Shown here one piece after another: positions 1 to 13,100 of a stretch of DNA of 64,000 bases; within the stretch, counting starts at the first letter, position 1, and the number at the start of each line of letters is the position of its first letter. A program made the position numbers and the translations under genes. The stretch covers positions 23,621,504 to 23,685,503 of the forward strand of contig OZ037765.1 in assembly GCA_964035545.1 (NCBI GenBank), written 5' to 3'. The notes beneath the pieces are model-generated. The model was not told the DNA's origin. It worked only from the letters and a program-made list of their open reading frames with translations, and did not search any database. The DNA comes from Bugula neritina. Taxonomy: Eukaryota > Animalia > Bryozoa.

Positions 1-3000
1 AAGAAGTCAACTCTTGTCTTGTTCCAATGGGAGAATGGTTACCGTCTGTGAGATTGATTAGCTCTTCGTGTGTGTTTCCTGTTGTACTCAATCTACATGT
101 ATAAGAGAGAACCTTCTACCTGCATCTATTCGCTGATCCCTGCATAGCTATATATAACTAATACCCAGTTCAATAAATAAACAAGCTATAGAGAGTTGCT
201 TCAAGCCTAATCAAACATCTTCACACATACCATAAGTTCATGACTGTAAATTAAAGCATTTTACTGATACATCTACTCATTATTAATTACGATAACCTAC
301 TACTGTGCAAATTTAGTTTAAAAAAGAGAAGGGCTAAAAGCAAATTTTAATAATTAGTTGAGAAACAACTAAATATTATACTACAAGAAGTTTTATTAGC
401 ATCATTTACATTGTATGCTAGCAGATACTAAATGTTCAACTTTATCTCAACACGGTGTAGAAATCAAGTTTCAAAAATTGCCCACTATAACCTTTGTAAA
501 GTAAAAAGCCAGTACAAAAAATATTTACTTGTAAATATTTTCTTTATTACATCTAAACTGACTTTTAATGATCAGATTGCTCTTTTTGTTGTTTCCATTG
601 GAAAACACTTTTAAATTAATTGAATCTCGACTAACTGGAGAAAAGGTAAATAAGTAGATAGTATCTATATTGGGTATCATGTTCTACACAGTTCATTGTT
701 TACCTGCTAGGACTGTGTGTATCACAGGCAGAGTCATTTACTACGCTGGACTTCTTCAAGCCAGAGTAATATTCTTCAGCTGCTTGTTCAAGAACTTTAC
801 GGCTGGACTCGTCCAAATATTTAGAATTTATGCCACTAGTGAAAAGCAAACTTGTTATAAAAGCATACAAGTAAGTTTCATGCAAACTAACTTTAATAAA
901 ATACTTATGGGCAAATATTTGTTCTATATTTGGGAATATTTCTCACCTAGTCTCAGAGTATGAAGAAGTTGAGCTAGCTCGATCAGACGGTGAAGTTTTT
1001 GCATCTCTGTACATAGGAGAGGTTGACTTTATTCTAGAGGTCGACTTTTTAAAACTATGAGGAGTCCTTCTTGAGAGATCACTACGCGGAGTAAGACAAC
1101 TTGGCGACAAGTACTTGTCAAGATATGAACAATCATCATCGATTTTTTCATTTTCAAACTTGGTTGGTTCTTTGTGCGCACCCAAGTAGCTTTCTGATCT
1201 TTCCAGTACTTCAGACACACGTTTATCAAGTTTGTCTTGTGACAATCGTCCACTAGATGCTGTATCTTCACTCTGCTCGCCCAACGCAGCCCGAGGGGAA
1301 GAAGAAGTAAAATCATGTTTAGAGCTGACAGTATCATTGAAAGCCAACTTGGGAATGTTTTCTGATGACAGGCTAAGGATGGCAGATACCCGCTGGGCCA
1401 GGTCAGGTGACAGCACGAGCTGGGCAGACATGTTGGGTGAGAGTTTGCTGTCGTGAAGAGACTGGGGCAGAGCGGTATACTCTGTAGCAGAGCTAACTCT
1501 GCTGTGTTGTTCGCGAGGACTAGGCTGAAGCCGAGAACTGTTATGCGAGCTCAGCCCCCGAGGAGTGGATTTAGAACTAGTTTCTGACTGAATAGTTGAA
1601 CGCTCATGCTTTTTCCGCTCTTCTGCTAAACTTCTTTCCAGTTCTAGTGATCTTTCACTCATATCAATCAAAGGTGACAAATGGCGCTTGTGGTCAAATG
1701 CATTGGATGCAATGGAGTTGAACACAGTAGTTGAACCAACAGAAGAGGCACCTGCAAGTGTATTTCATACAATCTTATCATTCCATAACCGAACATGAAA
1801 CACAGCAAACAACAGCAATTACCATAAAAGAACTGAAAAAGTGTTCAACCAAAAATTTTTAAAAAAAGGTTAAAATTTAAAAGAAAACCAAAATTATGAA
1901 CAACTTAAATTTAAAAGTTTATAGCCCAGATAACTCTTAAAAAACAAACTGGAAAATTGCTAAATACTAAACACAGACAGGGTAGTATTTTACCAACTAC
2001 ATTTACCTTGAAAAGACGTGAAATCTGCAAAAAATGACATGTTTGTTCTATAAAACTCGATAAAATTAATAACACGATACAATTTTAAGATTGGAAGAGT
2101 TATAGATAATACTCGTAATTGCTCAATACTAATATCCATGTTACGTATTTCTCAAGGAGCAATGGTAAAACTCAGAAAGCATACTATATGTGTATTGAGA
2201 ATACCTTCCAATACATTCTATATTAGCACCCTCGATAGAAACATTAACAGACTTTCCAAAAACCCACTCTTGCAATTTCAGGAATCTCTACAGGTAAGAG
2301 ATATTACATTACCGATGACATTTGTGCATTAGAAATACCTTCAGAGAGTTGTCTTCCATTGGAACACGTGCTTTTACAACTAGAGTAGGTACTCTTTACA
2401 CTTCGTTCATCCATCGCAGAGAATGAGCTCTTCCTAGTAGCACAGGTAATGTCTTCATCTAAAGTATCCTGTCCGTCATCGTACTTGAGAGTGTGCATGG
2501 TGTCCTCGCTCTGGCTGGTTAGGACAGCACCTGTGTCGCCTGTCATAGTGCCACCTGCTTCGCCTGCCACAGTGCCAATGTCATCCAATATCTTACACCT
2601 GGACTCTGGAGATATATAACCTGGCACATCCTGCAACAGTGAAAGCAGCTACAGATTTTCTAACAAACATTTATATTTAAATAACGAAACAAAACAATAC
2701 ACTAAGAAACTAATAGTGCAGCTTCAGTGCTACAAACCCATAAGAACGAAATGCAATTATTTAACTCAACAGTTTCAAAAAAAACAGAAATAAATATGAA
2801 AATGCAGTGCAAGAAAAAGCTTACATACTTACAGAGGATTTGTACTATAATAAAATTGAATGAAATTTAGAAAAAAATTCTACATTTATGTACATCAGCC
2901 CATTACACTAGATCAATAATTTGCATTCAAAATAAATGTTTTCATTTTATTTCTATGAACTTAAAATACTGGCTAATCAACTTTTTTAAAAACTTTTTTA

Positions 3001-5532
3001 ACCTCATTTAGTTCTAATAAATAATAATTGTTTGGTAGTTAATAGTACCATTTGTGTATTGATTGTTTTTATTAATGTACTATTTTATGTGTAATAAAAT
3101 TAATAAACAACTGTTTTGTTAGTGGTACAATAATTCTGCAGTAAATTCGTATTCTTTGTATTATGGGAATAAAAGTATGACTTTGGCCTCTTCTGGTATT
3201 CAACTAGCTAAATGCGGTTGTTGATTTTCACAGTAGCTGAAATACAATGATTTACAGCTCATATCCTGCACAAAAAATTATCACTTCATAAAAGAAACAA
3301 CTCTGTCACCAAAAGTCAAAAGAATTTAAGGTTTAACCTTGAGAAATTGGCTGGTAGGTAATGATTCAACAAGCAGCTGTCTGTTTGAATACGCAACAGA
3401 AGTCGGCTGCCCAGATCGAGGTACGACTGGAGACACTTTCTCCATGTCATCATTTCTATGAGATTGAGACTTTGGTGACTGGCACACTATTTCTGCTGAG
3501 TTCGTATCCTGGTACAACACGCATAATCTTCATTATCATTTTTAGATTTGATAGCCATTTTCATTGGCATTGCTATATATACACAGTATTTCATACATTC
3601 ACTATGTAAATAAATAGGGTAATGTAGGTACATAACACTTGGCAATATGTTTCAGTAGCTTACACAATATACAAAAGTTTCTAAGAGTTGCTATGCACAA
3701 AATGCATATGCAAAAACTATCTGATAAATTAGCCGCAAATAAAAAAAAGTAGAATTAATCAGAAAAATCACGTGAAGCCAATATAATTCGTATGACTCAC
3801 TTCACTAAGCTCAGAGATGTGACTACATGAGTCTGCTGCTGTTGGTGGTGTTTGGGGTTGTTGATACCACCCATCTCCAACCTCGTTCTGACAAAACACA
3901 GAATACAATGGAAAGGTTGTATAATTGCTCTTGTACAATCCGCTTCAGGTAAACCAATAAATTACTAATATGATTGTAAGACTTAACTTTAACTCAATAG
4001 ATGAATAGAGTACCTACATTCAAATCTTCCTCAATTATTTCTGAGATGGCCTCATTTATCACATCCGAACTAAAGGATTCTGCTAGTTTATCCAAATCCA
4101 TTGGATGCCAGTCTAAAATGATAGCCAAACTTAATTTACACAACATATTAAAAAGATGTGTTTTTATTAATTCGTTTATTCCCACTAGATAGCTTTAATT
4201 TATGCAACAAAACCATGAAATTTTGAAAAATCTAGTTAATTTTTTAAGACTGAATAAAACCCAAGATGCTTCATCCGTTAGCTGAATAGTGAATACAAAT
4301 ATATGATATTGTACTGCAAAATGTGATAAATGAAAAAAGTTCATAAATAAAAGGAAGGGCTCACAAAGTACAATGTGATAGAAAAGAAGTAATGGAAAGC
4401 TTTAGCTAATTAATACTTCTAACTGCAATTCCACATGTGAATACACCTTTCAAGTTATCTCCTATGAGGTTTTTGACATCCCATAATTATGATGACACTG
4501 AAAGTCATAGTTATACTGATACTTTGCTTTAACTTCACTAAATCTAATCTACTAGTTGTAATACTCAATTAACTGTAAGTCTTACTTTTAGTATAAATCT
4601 ATGTTTGTTTCAATCTTAACATATAATCTTAATAATTGTTTTATAATTACTATACTTATTTTTATAGCAAATATAATAGCTACACTTCATATGTGACAGA
4701 ATCATTATAATTAATAACAATTGAATTATGTTTATCTATCTCCTACTCAGTCATATACTAATACTGTCATAATCTCTCAAGGATTTCTATTTTACATGCT
4801 ACAACTTATACTGTATACCAAGAATTTATTAGCAATCAGCTAAGTAAAATATTTACAATAATAATTATATCTTATAGTTATAAGTATACTCTTACTAATA
4901 CTACTATTAGTATTACTATTAGTAGTAATACTAGTAGTAATAGTAATACTAATAGTATTACTCCATTAGTATTACTATTAGGTTTTACATTATGAATACG
5001 AATAAGTAAACCATAATCATAATGATCAATAATTATATTTATAATAAATGCAATTCTAAAAGTGAGTTAAAGTAAGACTAATCTAAAGCATGATGATGAT
5101 CAACTCTAAGCTGAAGCAAAACTAAATCAAAATCAAAATTGAAAATGTCAAACTCAATCACTGTCAATGAAACTGAAAATTACATTAACAATAACATTTG
5201 TTTTGACATTGATTTACCATTAAATAATCATAACAATAATAAAGGTAAGCACTAGTAAATTAAAATTTAGCGCAAGACTAACACGAATCAAATATGTAAA
5301 ACTATATAAGCACACCCACTTAGTAATGAGTAAATGTAATTTAATTACTATGAGAACAAGTTAATGTTGATGCTCAACCTGATCACTAATAGGATTTCAA
5401 ATTTTGTGTATATGTTTGTTCGGTTACAATACTAAACTTAGCAGATTTACTTAAAATAAAGCCGTAAACCTTCTTCGGCATAACTCCGTAGTTCTCTTCA
5501 CCACAAAACGGCCGAAATATGTCAGTTGTCAT
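1..5532 (-). CDS. Uncharacterised Ser/Thr-rich, probably disordered protein; multi-exon, 3' end unresolved
   Basis: Phase-consistent GT-AG exon chain 5532-5451, 4112-4018, 3887-3801, 3508-3338, 2630-2339, 1751-947, 835-704, then probably 92-<1. Starts MTTDIFRPFCGEENYGVMPKKVYGFILNWHPMDLDKLAESFSSD. No domain recognised. Candidate microexons at 2844-2833 and 2024-2007. Confidence 0.75.
4480..5400. repeat. Degenerate 6-bp-periodic T-n-A tract A, in first intron of gene 1
   Basis: 4491-4538 parses as gaTgAc acTgAa agTcAt agTtAt acTgAt acTttg ctTtAa ctTcAc; AGTAAT/ACTAAT-rich core at 4890-4980. Boundaries approximate. Confidence 0.7.
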
Positions 5533-6199
5533 GTTTAACAAAAAAGCTGTTAAAGATTATATTTTCTCTAATCAACTTTATTTTTATTGTTGTTCAAATT
5601 TATTATAACCATAATAATATTACCATAGCTATTGCAAAATATTCCAGCCTGTAGATTGCATAAACAATAGTTATCAAGTCTGCAAAACAACGACAATATT
5701 GTTCCAAAGATGGTACCTATATTTTGTAGTAATTTCTATGTAGAGTTATTTATGAATTTTTTCTAAAACAGTGCAAAATATAAAGTACCAATCAAACTCA
5801 TTTTGAAGATAGAGTAATTCTTAGCAAGTTATGCGGTTTTTATTATGGGAGATAACTCTATGCCAATTTTTTTCACAGTCTGCACAATGCCACAAAATCA
5901 TTAGTATTAGTAAAATTTAAATAAACGCTATTATTCTAAAAACGTATTTTTTAAAACTAGAAACACTTATTATACGTAAAATATTACATATCGTTATGAT
6001 ATTGTCAAAATATTTAAACAAAATGTCATATCATGACCATACATATTATAATTACGCAATTGGATTAATTTGGGTATTCATTTGAGCGGTTTCACTTTTA
6101 TCATTTTCATATTTTTCAAGCTCGCCTTGGCTATTTTCATTTTGAGGTTTGGCGGCTTCAGCCTAAATGTTTATTCGTTCATTGAATGTTTGTGCCCGA

Positions 6200-7060
6200 A
6201 ATACCATTACTGTAACACTAATAGTTTGGTATTGATATTCATATTGAGCAATTTAGTAAGTACAGTCATTTAGTTTTACTGTTTAGTGGATACTCATTTT
6301 AGTTTTTAGTATTTAATTTTTTATTTTAAATTTAATTTAAAGTTTAAATTTAATTTTAATCATAATATAAAATTAAATATTAATTATAATATGAATTCTT
6401 AATCATAATGATAATTAATAATACTTACTCTTACTTTAACTTATAGTATAATTATAAGTTTAATTAATAGTATACTATAAAACTAATAGTAATAGTAATA
6501 CTAGGCCTAATAGTAATTCTAAGTTATAGTAAGGGACTGACAGTAAGTCACAAAGAGTAAGTGTAACAGTAAGAGTAACACTAGAACTAAAAGTAAGTCA
6601 CTAACTGTAAGCACCAATAGCAACTGACTAAGAGTAAGGCTGTAAATGTAACACTTATAATAATATTAAATGGAATGTTATAGATAATAGTATTAGTAAT
6701 ACTAAGTCTAATACTAATAGCAATAGTTAATGTTATGGTGCCAGTATTACTATTACTATTAGTATAAATAAAAGTGACCTTATGTGTAAGTTTAAGTGAT
6801 AAGTTCAAACATCTGTGAAATAGATAAAAAAGCTGTTGCTTCAAGTTCAAGTCATTAACTCCAAGACAAAGTGTAACTGGCTAACTTAATTTAGTAACTG
6901 TAAATCGTTGAATATAACACTGGCTGTTTCAGTATCAAGTTTAATCTGATATTCTGCCCCTAATATGGTGCCTAGTTTGTGCTGTGCTCATTATTTGTAT
7001 CTAAATCTGACCCTAATTTTAATTTTTAATTTGGGTTTTAGTTTTGATTTTTATAAAACA
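6200..7060. repeat. Degenerate 6-bp-periodic T-n-A tract B, upstream of DDB1 ATG
   Basis: 6556-6597 parses as agTaAg tgTaAc agTaAg agTaAc acTaga acTaAa agTaAg. Boundaries approximate. Confidence 0.7.
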
Positions 7061-7182
7061 GATTTACCTTAATCATTAGATGTAATGACAATATTAATTT
7101 ATGATGTAGATTTGGCAAGTCTTTCACTTGTCCTGGTAATTAGCATCGGGACTTGTCAATCGTTTGTGAAATAGAAGCTGAA

Positions 7183-10100
7183 ATGGCAACTAATTACGTT
7201 GTAACAGCTCATAAACCGACCGCAGTGACCAAATCGCTTACAGGTAGGTTTAAATTTCATCATTCTTTTGTTTGTTACCTCTGTTACGGCACATTGTAAA
7301 ACATAAGACTAATTTTTTTAGTTTTTTGGAAAACCCCTTTACGTTTTCAATTATATGAAATTCTAGTGCGATTTTCAGTTAAAGGTATTATTGCAATTAT
7401 GCTTTGATTTTGAAAACTTTCACACCTCATTATCTTTCAATCTATCTATCTGCTTATTAAATGCTGAAGTAAAATAATATGCAATTCCAAACAAACATAA
7501 ATACATCATGTATTTTACATATGCATTTTAGTTTCCTGATATAATCAGTGATTTAAAATTATATTGGTCGCTATAAAACTTTGCTTTATGCCTTCATTAC
7601 TTTTTAATAAAAATTGAAAAGTTGTGCAAACATGCATCATGGTTCTGCAAGTTTATCTTCAGTTTATTGGGTATAAATAGTATCAAACTGCATTCACCAA
7701 GCTTGCTGATTGCAGCATAATATAATTACTGAGGGGTAAAATTGTTATATTATTTTTATTATTACTAGGTCATTTCTCCGGAAAAGATGATCTCAATTTA
7801 ATTGTTGTTAAGAACACTTTGCTAGAGATATATCTAGTTACCCCTGAAGGTCTGAAACCCAAAAAGGCTGTGGAAATATATGGCAGGGTTGCAGTCATGG
7901 AACTTTTCAAAACCGAGGTTGGTAAAATCACCTAATAGACTAGAAATGTTGCATAAGTTATCTGGTTGGCAGCAATTTAACTGCAGTAAAACTGCCATTT
8001 GTAAAGGGTATATAAAATTAACTTTCATAAAGTGTCTTACATAGGGTTTTGGCACATTAACAAGTTGAATTAGGGTGTACTCTACAGTATGGATTTATAA
8101 TTTATTTTGAATTGCAGGATTCTGAAAAAGAGTTACTTTTTCTGTTGACCAATCGGTATAACGCGATGATCCTAGAGTGTGTAAAAGATGGAAATGACTT
8201 GGAAATAGTTACCAAAGCCCATGGCAATGTTATGGACAAGATTGGTCGAACTCCAGAAAGTGGCATAATCGGCATGATTGATCCAATGGGCAAGACCATT
8301 GGATTAAGACTATATGATGGTCTATTCAAAGTTGTCCCATTGACTAAGGAATTGTATCATCAACCAGAAAAAGAAGTTCGAGCATTTAATCTGAGGTAAT
8401 AAAATTAACAAAGGGGAGAAGATGCGACCTAGTGGGGACTGCTGTCAGCTAGTCTCATAAATTCAACTCTACCAGTCATTAGTATGTGTTTGTAGCAGCC
8501 AGCATATCTTGGCAAAAGTCTAGTTTATAGAAACAAAAAAAAACCTCTTTCGTTTTGCATTTTTCATAGATTATGACTACAAACAGACTAAAATGGTTAA
8601 AAATGCCAAAATCGTTGGAAAACAGTAATGCTTACTTATTTATGAAATTCGTCGTTTAGTTGATTGTAAACTTTATTCACTAGTCTTATTTTGTTTTTTA
8701 TTCCGCAGGTAGTTTTGTGCACGCTTATATGAATATAATTATTGTTCATATAGGTTAGAAGAGCTGAATGTAATTGATATAAAGTTTCTGCATGGCTGCA
8801 ACACACCAACAATAATCATAATACATCAAGACACCCATGGCCGCCATGTTAAGACCTACGAGATCAACCTCCGTGAGAAAGAGTTCCAGAAAGGCCCCTG
8901 GAATCAAGACAATGTTGAAAATGAAGCATTTATGCTACAGTCGGGTGAGTTTTAGTCTATTTTTGTGAAGGATTTTTCCCAGTTTTTCTCCTTGCATCAC
9001 TTGCTTTTTCAACGAAATTTATGTGCCCATAAATTATTCTATACACCTCCAATTATCAAATTGTCATTGTTGTGGTAAAGTCATATTTTTCATATTCAAC
9101 ATTCATACCGTGACTTTGTTAATGACTCATGTAATTTGAGGTCTCTTTATATATTCTTTTAGTTCCCATGCCGTTTGGAGGTGCCTTAATCATCGGTCAA
9201 GAGTCCATAACTTACCACAGAGGGGATGGCCAGCCAATTACTGTGGCCCCCAGCATTATCAAGCAGAGCACCATTACATGCTGTGGTTCTGTTGATAAAG
9301 ATGGGTCCAGGTAAGTCACATGCAGTATGAAGATTAACACAGTATGCACTTCCTTTACACATCTACAGCTCACCCTACTTTTTGGCATATCCTGTTTATA
9401 GTAGCCATCACACACTGAATATGCAGTTGTGTGAGTGCAATCTACCAGGATACAGATCTAACTACTGTGCATGGTGTTGTGCAGTTTTTTCAATATTATC
9501 TCAACCAAACCCTTGTCTGGCACTTAGGCCAATGCAAACACCAACTAATATTTATAACGTACTTCTACACTCAAGTAGTTCAGTTGTTAATATCCTTACA
9601 ATGTTTACAAATAATAGTGCATTGGTTAGTAAATGTTTTGAGTAAACTATTGCATGGCTTAGGCATAGAATAATTGGAGAAGAAAACTTAAAAGCACCTG
9701 GAACTTGGCACATTTTTGCCATGATGTTTGAATTCAAAACTGTTTTAGTTCACATTTAGATTCTGAGAAAGTCTTGGGAAATTTTGCGTGTTCAGGCTGA
9801 AATATCTGCTATACCCAACATGTTTCTAATGCTTGGAGTTTAAATGTTATGGGGGTGATCATATACAGAGCAAATCATTCTAGCTGTCTAATCCCACCTT
9901 GTTATATTGAAGTGGTGTAACAGTTAGGGTATATGGTATTAATGATTATAATACTATTTAAATCGTCATTTTTGTCAGTCCAACTGATCAACTGATTCAT
10001 TTGTTGTTGTAGATACTTGTTAGGAGACATGCAAGGACATCTCTTCATGCTTTTATTAGAGAAGGGAGAAAAACCTGATGGCACAATATATTGTAAAGAT

Positions 10101-13100
10101 TTGAAAGTAGAATTGCTTGGCGAGGTAATGATTCAGTTCAAATTCAGTTTATATTAGTTAAGTATTGTAAGCAGTATTGTTCTCGGCACAGGTGTGACAT
10201 ATTTTGACGTTATACTGTGAAAAGTTGTCTGCGTAATCAAACTCGGAAACTCGTTGCAACCAGTCTTCAAGTCATGGATTATTAATTATCAATGTAATAA
10301 TAGTTTTGTGAATACCCTGGTTATGATTGGTTGACTGCTGGAATAGGCTCATTCTATTACCCATTCACCAGAGTTTTTTTCCATTCAGTAAGAGTAGTGA
10401 AATGGTGACGTTATTTGTGCCAGCCATTAGGTTTGTGTACAGGTCACTCAGGCCCCATAGAATTACTATGCTTCACCCAACATCATTGGAAATCTCACTT
10501 TTGTCCCACTACTTACATGCACACCTTGTACTAGACTGTTATTGTGATTTCAGACTTGTATTCCGGAAACTCTAACATACCTGGACAATGCTGTTGTGTA
10601 CATCGGCTCAAAGATAGGCGACTCTCAGCTAATAAGGGTGACTGTTAAACATTAAAATTATTACATTCTTTTCATGATTATTTTTGTAGACTTATATAAT
10701 GTGGTTTACAACAACTATTGATGCTTATTTTAAACTTGAAGTTCTATTTTTAATACTAATTATGTATGTATTACCGGTATGTTTGTGCGTTATCTGAGCA
10801 GAGATTTGTATTAAATCATGAACAAATTGGGCTCATTACACGTTGATAGTTATTGGGGTGTATCTGTTGTAATGTGTTTCAATTCCCCGTCTGTATTTAT
10901 AGCTGGACATTAAACCCGATGAAAGAGGATCTTATGTGCAGGTTTTGGACAGCTGGACAAATCTTGGGCCGATAGTTGATATGTGTGTTGTTGACCTTGA
11001 CAGGCAAGGTCAAGGCCAACTGGTCACATGTTCTGGCGCCTACAGAGACGGCTCCCTTCGTATTATTCGGAATGGAATTGGTTAGTCTAATGGTCACGTA
11101 GCGGTTTTCTATTCATTTGGTAAAGATGGTAAAATTAATGATTTGAAAGTGGATGTCGTATATTTCCTTGAAGACTGTGTAACAGCCAGGTATTTTGCAG
11201 GCATACATGAACATGCTAGCATTGACATGGCCGGCATAAAAGGTCTGTGGCCTCTGCGTTTGAATCAGTCAGAAACAGATAACATTCTAGTCATGACCTT
11301 TGTTGGTGAAACTAGGTTTGTATTCTATTTGTGCTGCTAACTGCTCGTACATCTTTTATTTACAAGCAAATTAAATGTTTCAAATGCAATAGCTTGTTTT
11401 CTAAACACATGAGACTACAAGTATTCATTAGTGGGAAGGCATCATGCTGCAGTGAATATTGGTAGGCTGCTGAAGCTCTACGATGATGAGGTTGAGGAGA
11501 CTGAGATAGAAGGTTTCTACGCTGCAGAAAGAACTCTGTATTGTAGCAATGTAGCTCATGATCAAATACTGCAGGCAAGTAAATATTCTAATATCCCTTA
11601 TGCTAGGTTGTTGCAAGACTCTTCCCGACATTACTGTTGGACTCATCTTTAATTACTTGTAATCGTTTCTCGCTTGGTGTGAATGCAGAGTTTAGTGCAG
11701 CTTCACTTATAATTGTGTTGACAAGTAACTATTATTTGCATGCATATAAATTTCTAGTTGTTATAATTATAAAGGCATTAAAAATGCATGTATATATGTA
11801 ATGCATTGTAATATGCGTGTTCAGATAGCATGTTCACAAAATTCAATTTTATGTGCAGTTTTAATCTTCACTAGTGATGATGGATCAGTTAGTGGTATTT
11901 ATATTTGTAGATGACAATGACAGCTATTCGCTTGATCTCTAAATTTGGCGGCGGTCAAGTAGCAATTTGGAAACCGGCTGACGGTAAAAAGATAAATGTG
12001 GTGTCTGCTAATGATCACCAAGCGTTGTGTGCCTGCGGCAAGCAACTCTACTACTTTGAACTCGGGAGTGGGCAGATAACTCTAGCTAGGTATGGAAATG
12101 AACTTTATTATGGAATAACTTGTTATCCTGTGTTCACTATAACAGTCGAATATAATGCTTGGAGTCTGTATAAGCGATTATAAAGGGTGTAGCTTCATAT
12201 CTCATTCTTCTAGTCACCTAAAATTTTCTATAATGTACTTCAATAAGGCAGTGTTCTAATATGTTGTCTCAGGTCCATTGAAATGCCTGCAGAGGTGGCC
12301 TGCCTAGATATCACACCGTTATGTGATGAGATGTTTTCTACCATATGCGCTGTTGGATTGTGGGACATGTCGGCAATGACTATCAGTTTGAAGGATATGA
12401 GTATTCTACACAGAGAGGAACTTGGTGGTGGTTAGTTTTGGCATTACTACAATACTTAGTTGATAAGAATATACTAACATAGTATCCTAGTTGGGTATAG
12501 CAAATATTAATGTAGTAACATGGTGTAGTGCTGTGTGCAAGCAAGCACTGTATTTATTATTGTAGAGTAGTATGTTTTTATAGTACTTGTTGTGTGGAAA
12601 AGATAATATAGTAGGCATGAATTACTTTGTGAAATACTGGCTATGGTGACAATTGTATAGCTGATGTCCTAATGCTGTGTGATTAAACTGATGAAAGTGT
12701 TAGTGGATTAATATATAACACGTCTATAAAACAAGTTACGCACAGGCTCTCCTAATTAATTTAACTATTAAGTTCCTTTATATCACTCACCAGTAAAGTT
12801 CTTTGAATACAAATATTACTTGAAGATGCCATTATGTTATTTAAAAAACAACCGTAACAGCATGGTTCTTACAAACTGTATGATGACTTTGGAACCCAGC
12901 ATTTTTTAAAAATAGAATTAGTGATGATATAAGCATATTCATCTTGAACTGGTTAATATTGGACATGTTCATTCGCTTGTGATAGTATCGATTAAGCCAA
13001 TTCCTATCTTTATAAATTTTGCTTGATTTTCTATATTTGAAAAATAAAAATATTTAGATTTTTGTACAGCAGCTCAGGATTCACATGCTATAAAATAACA

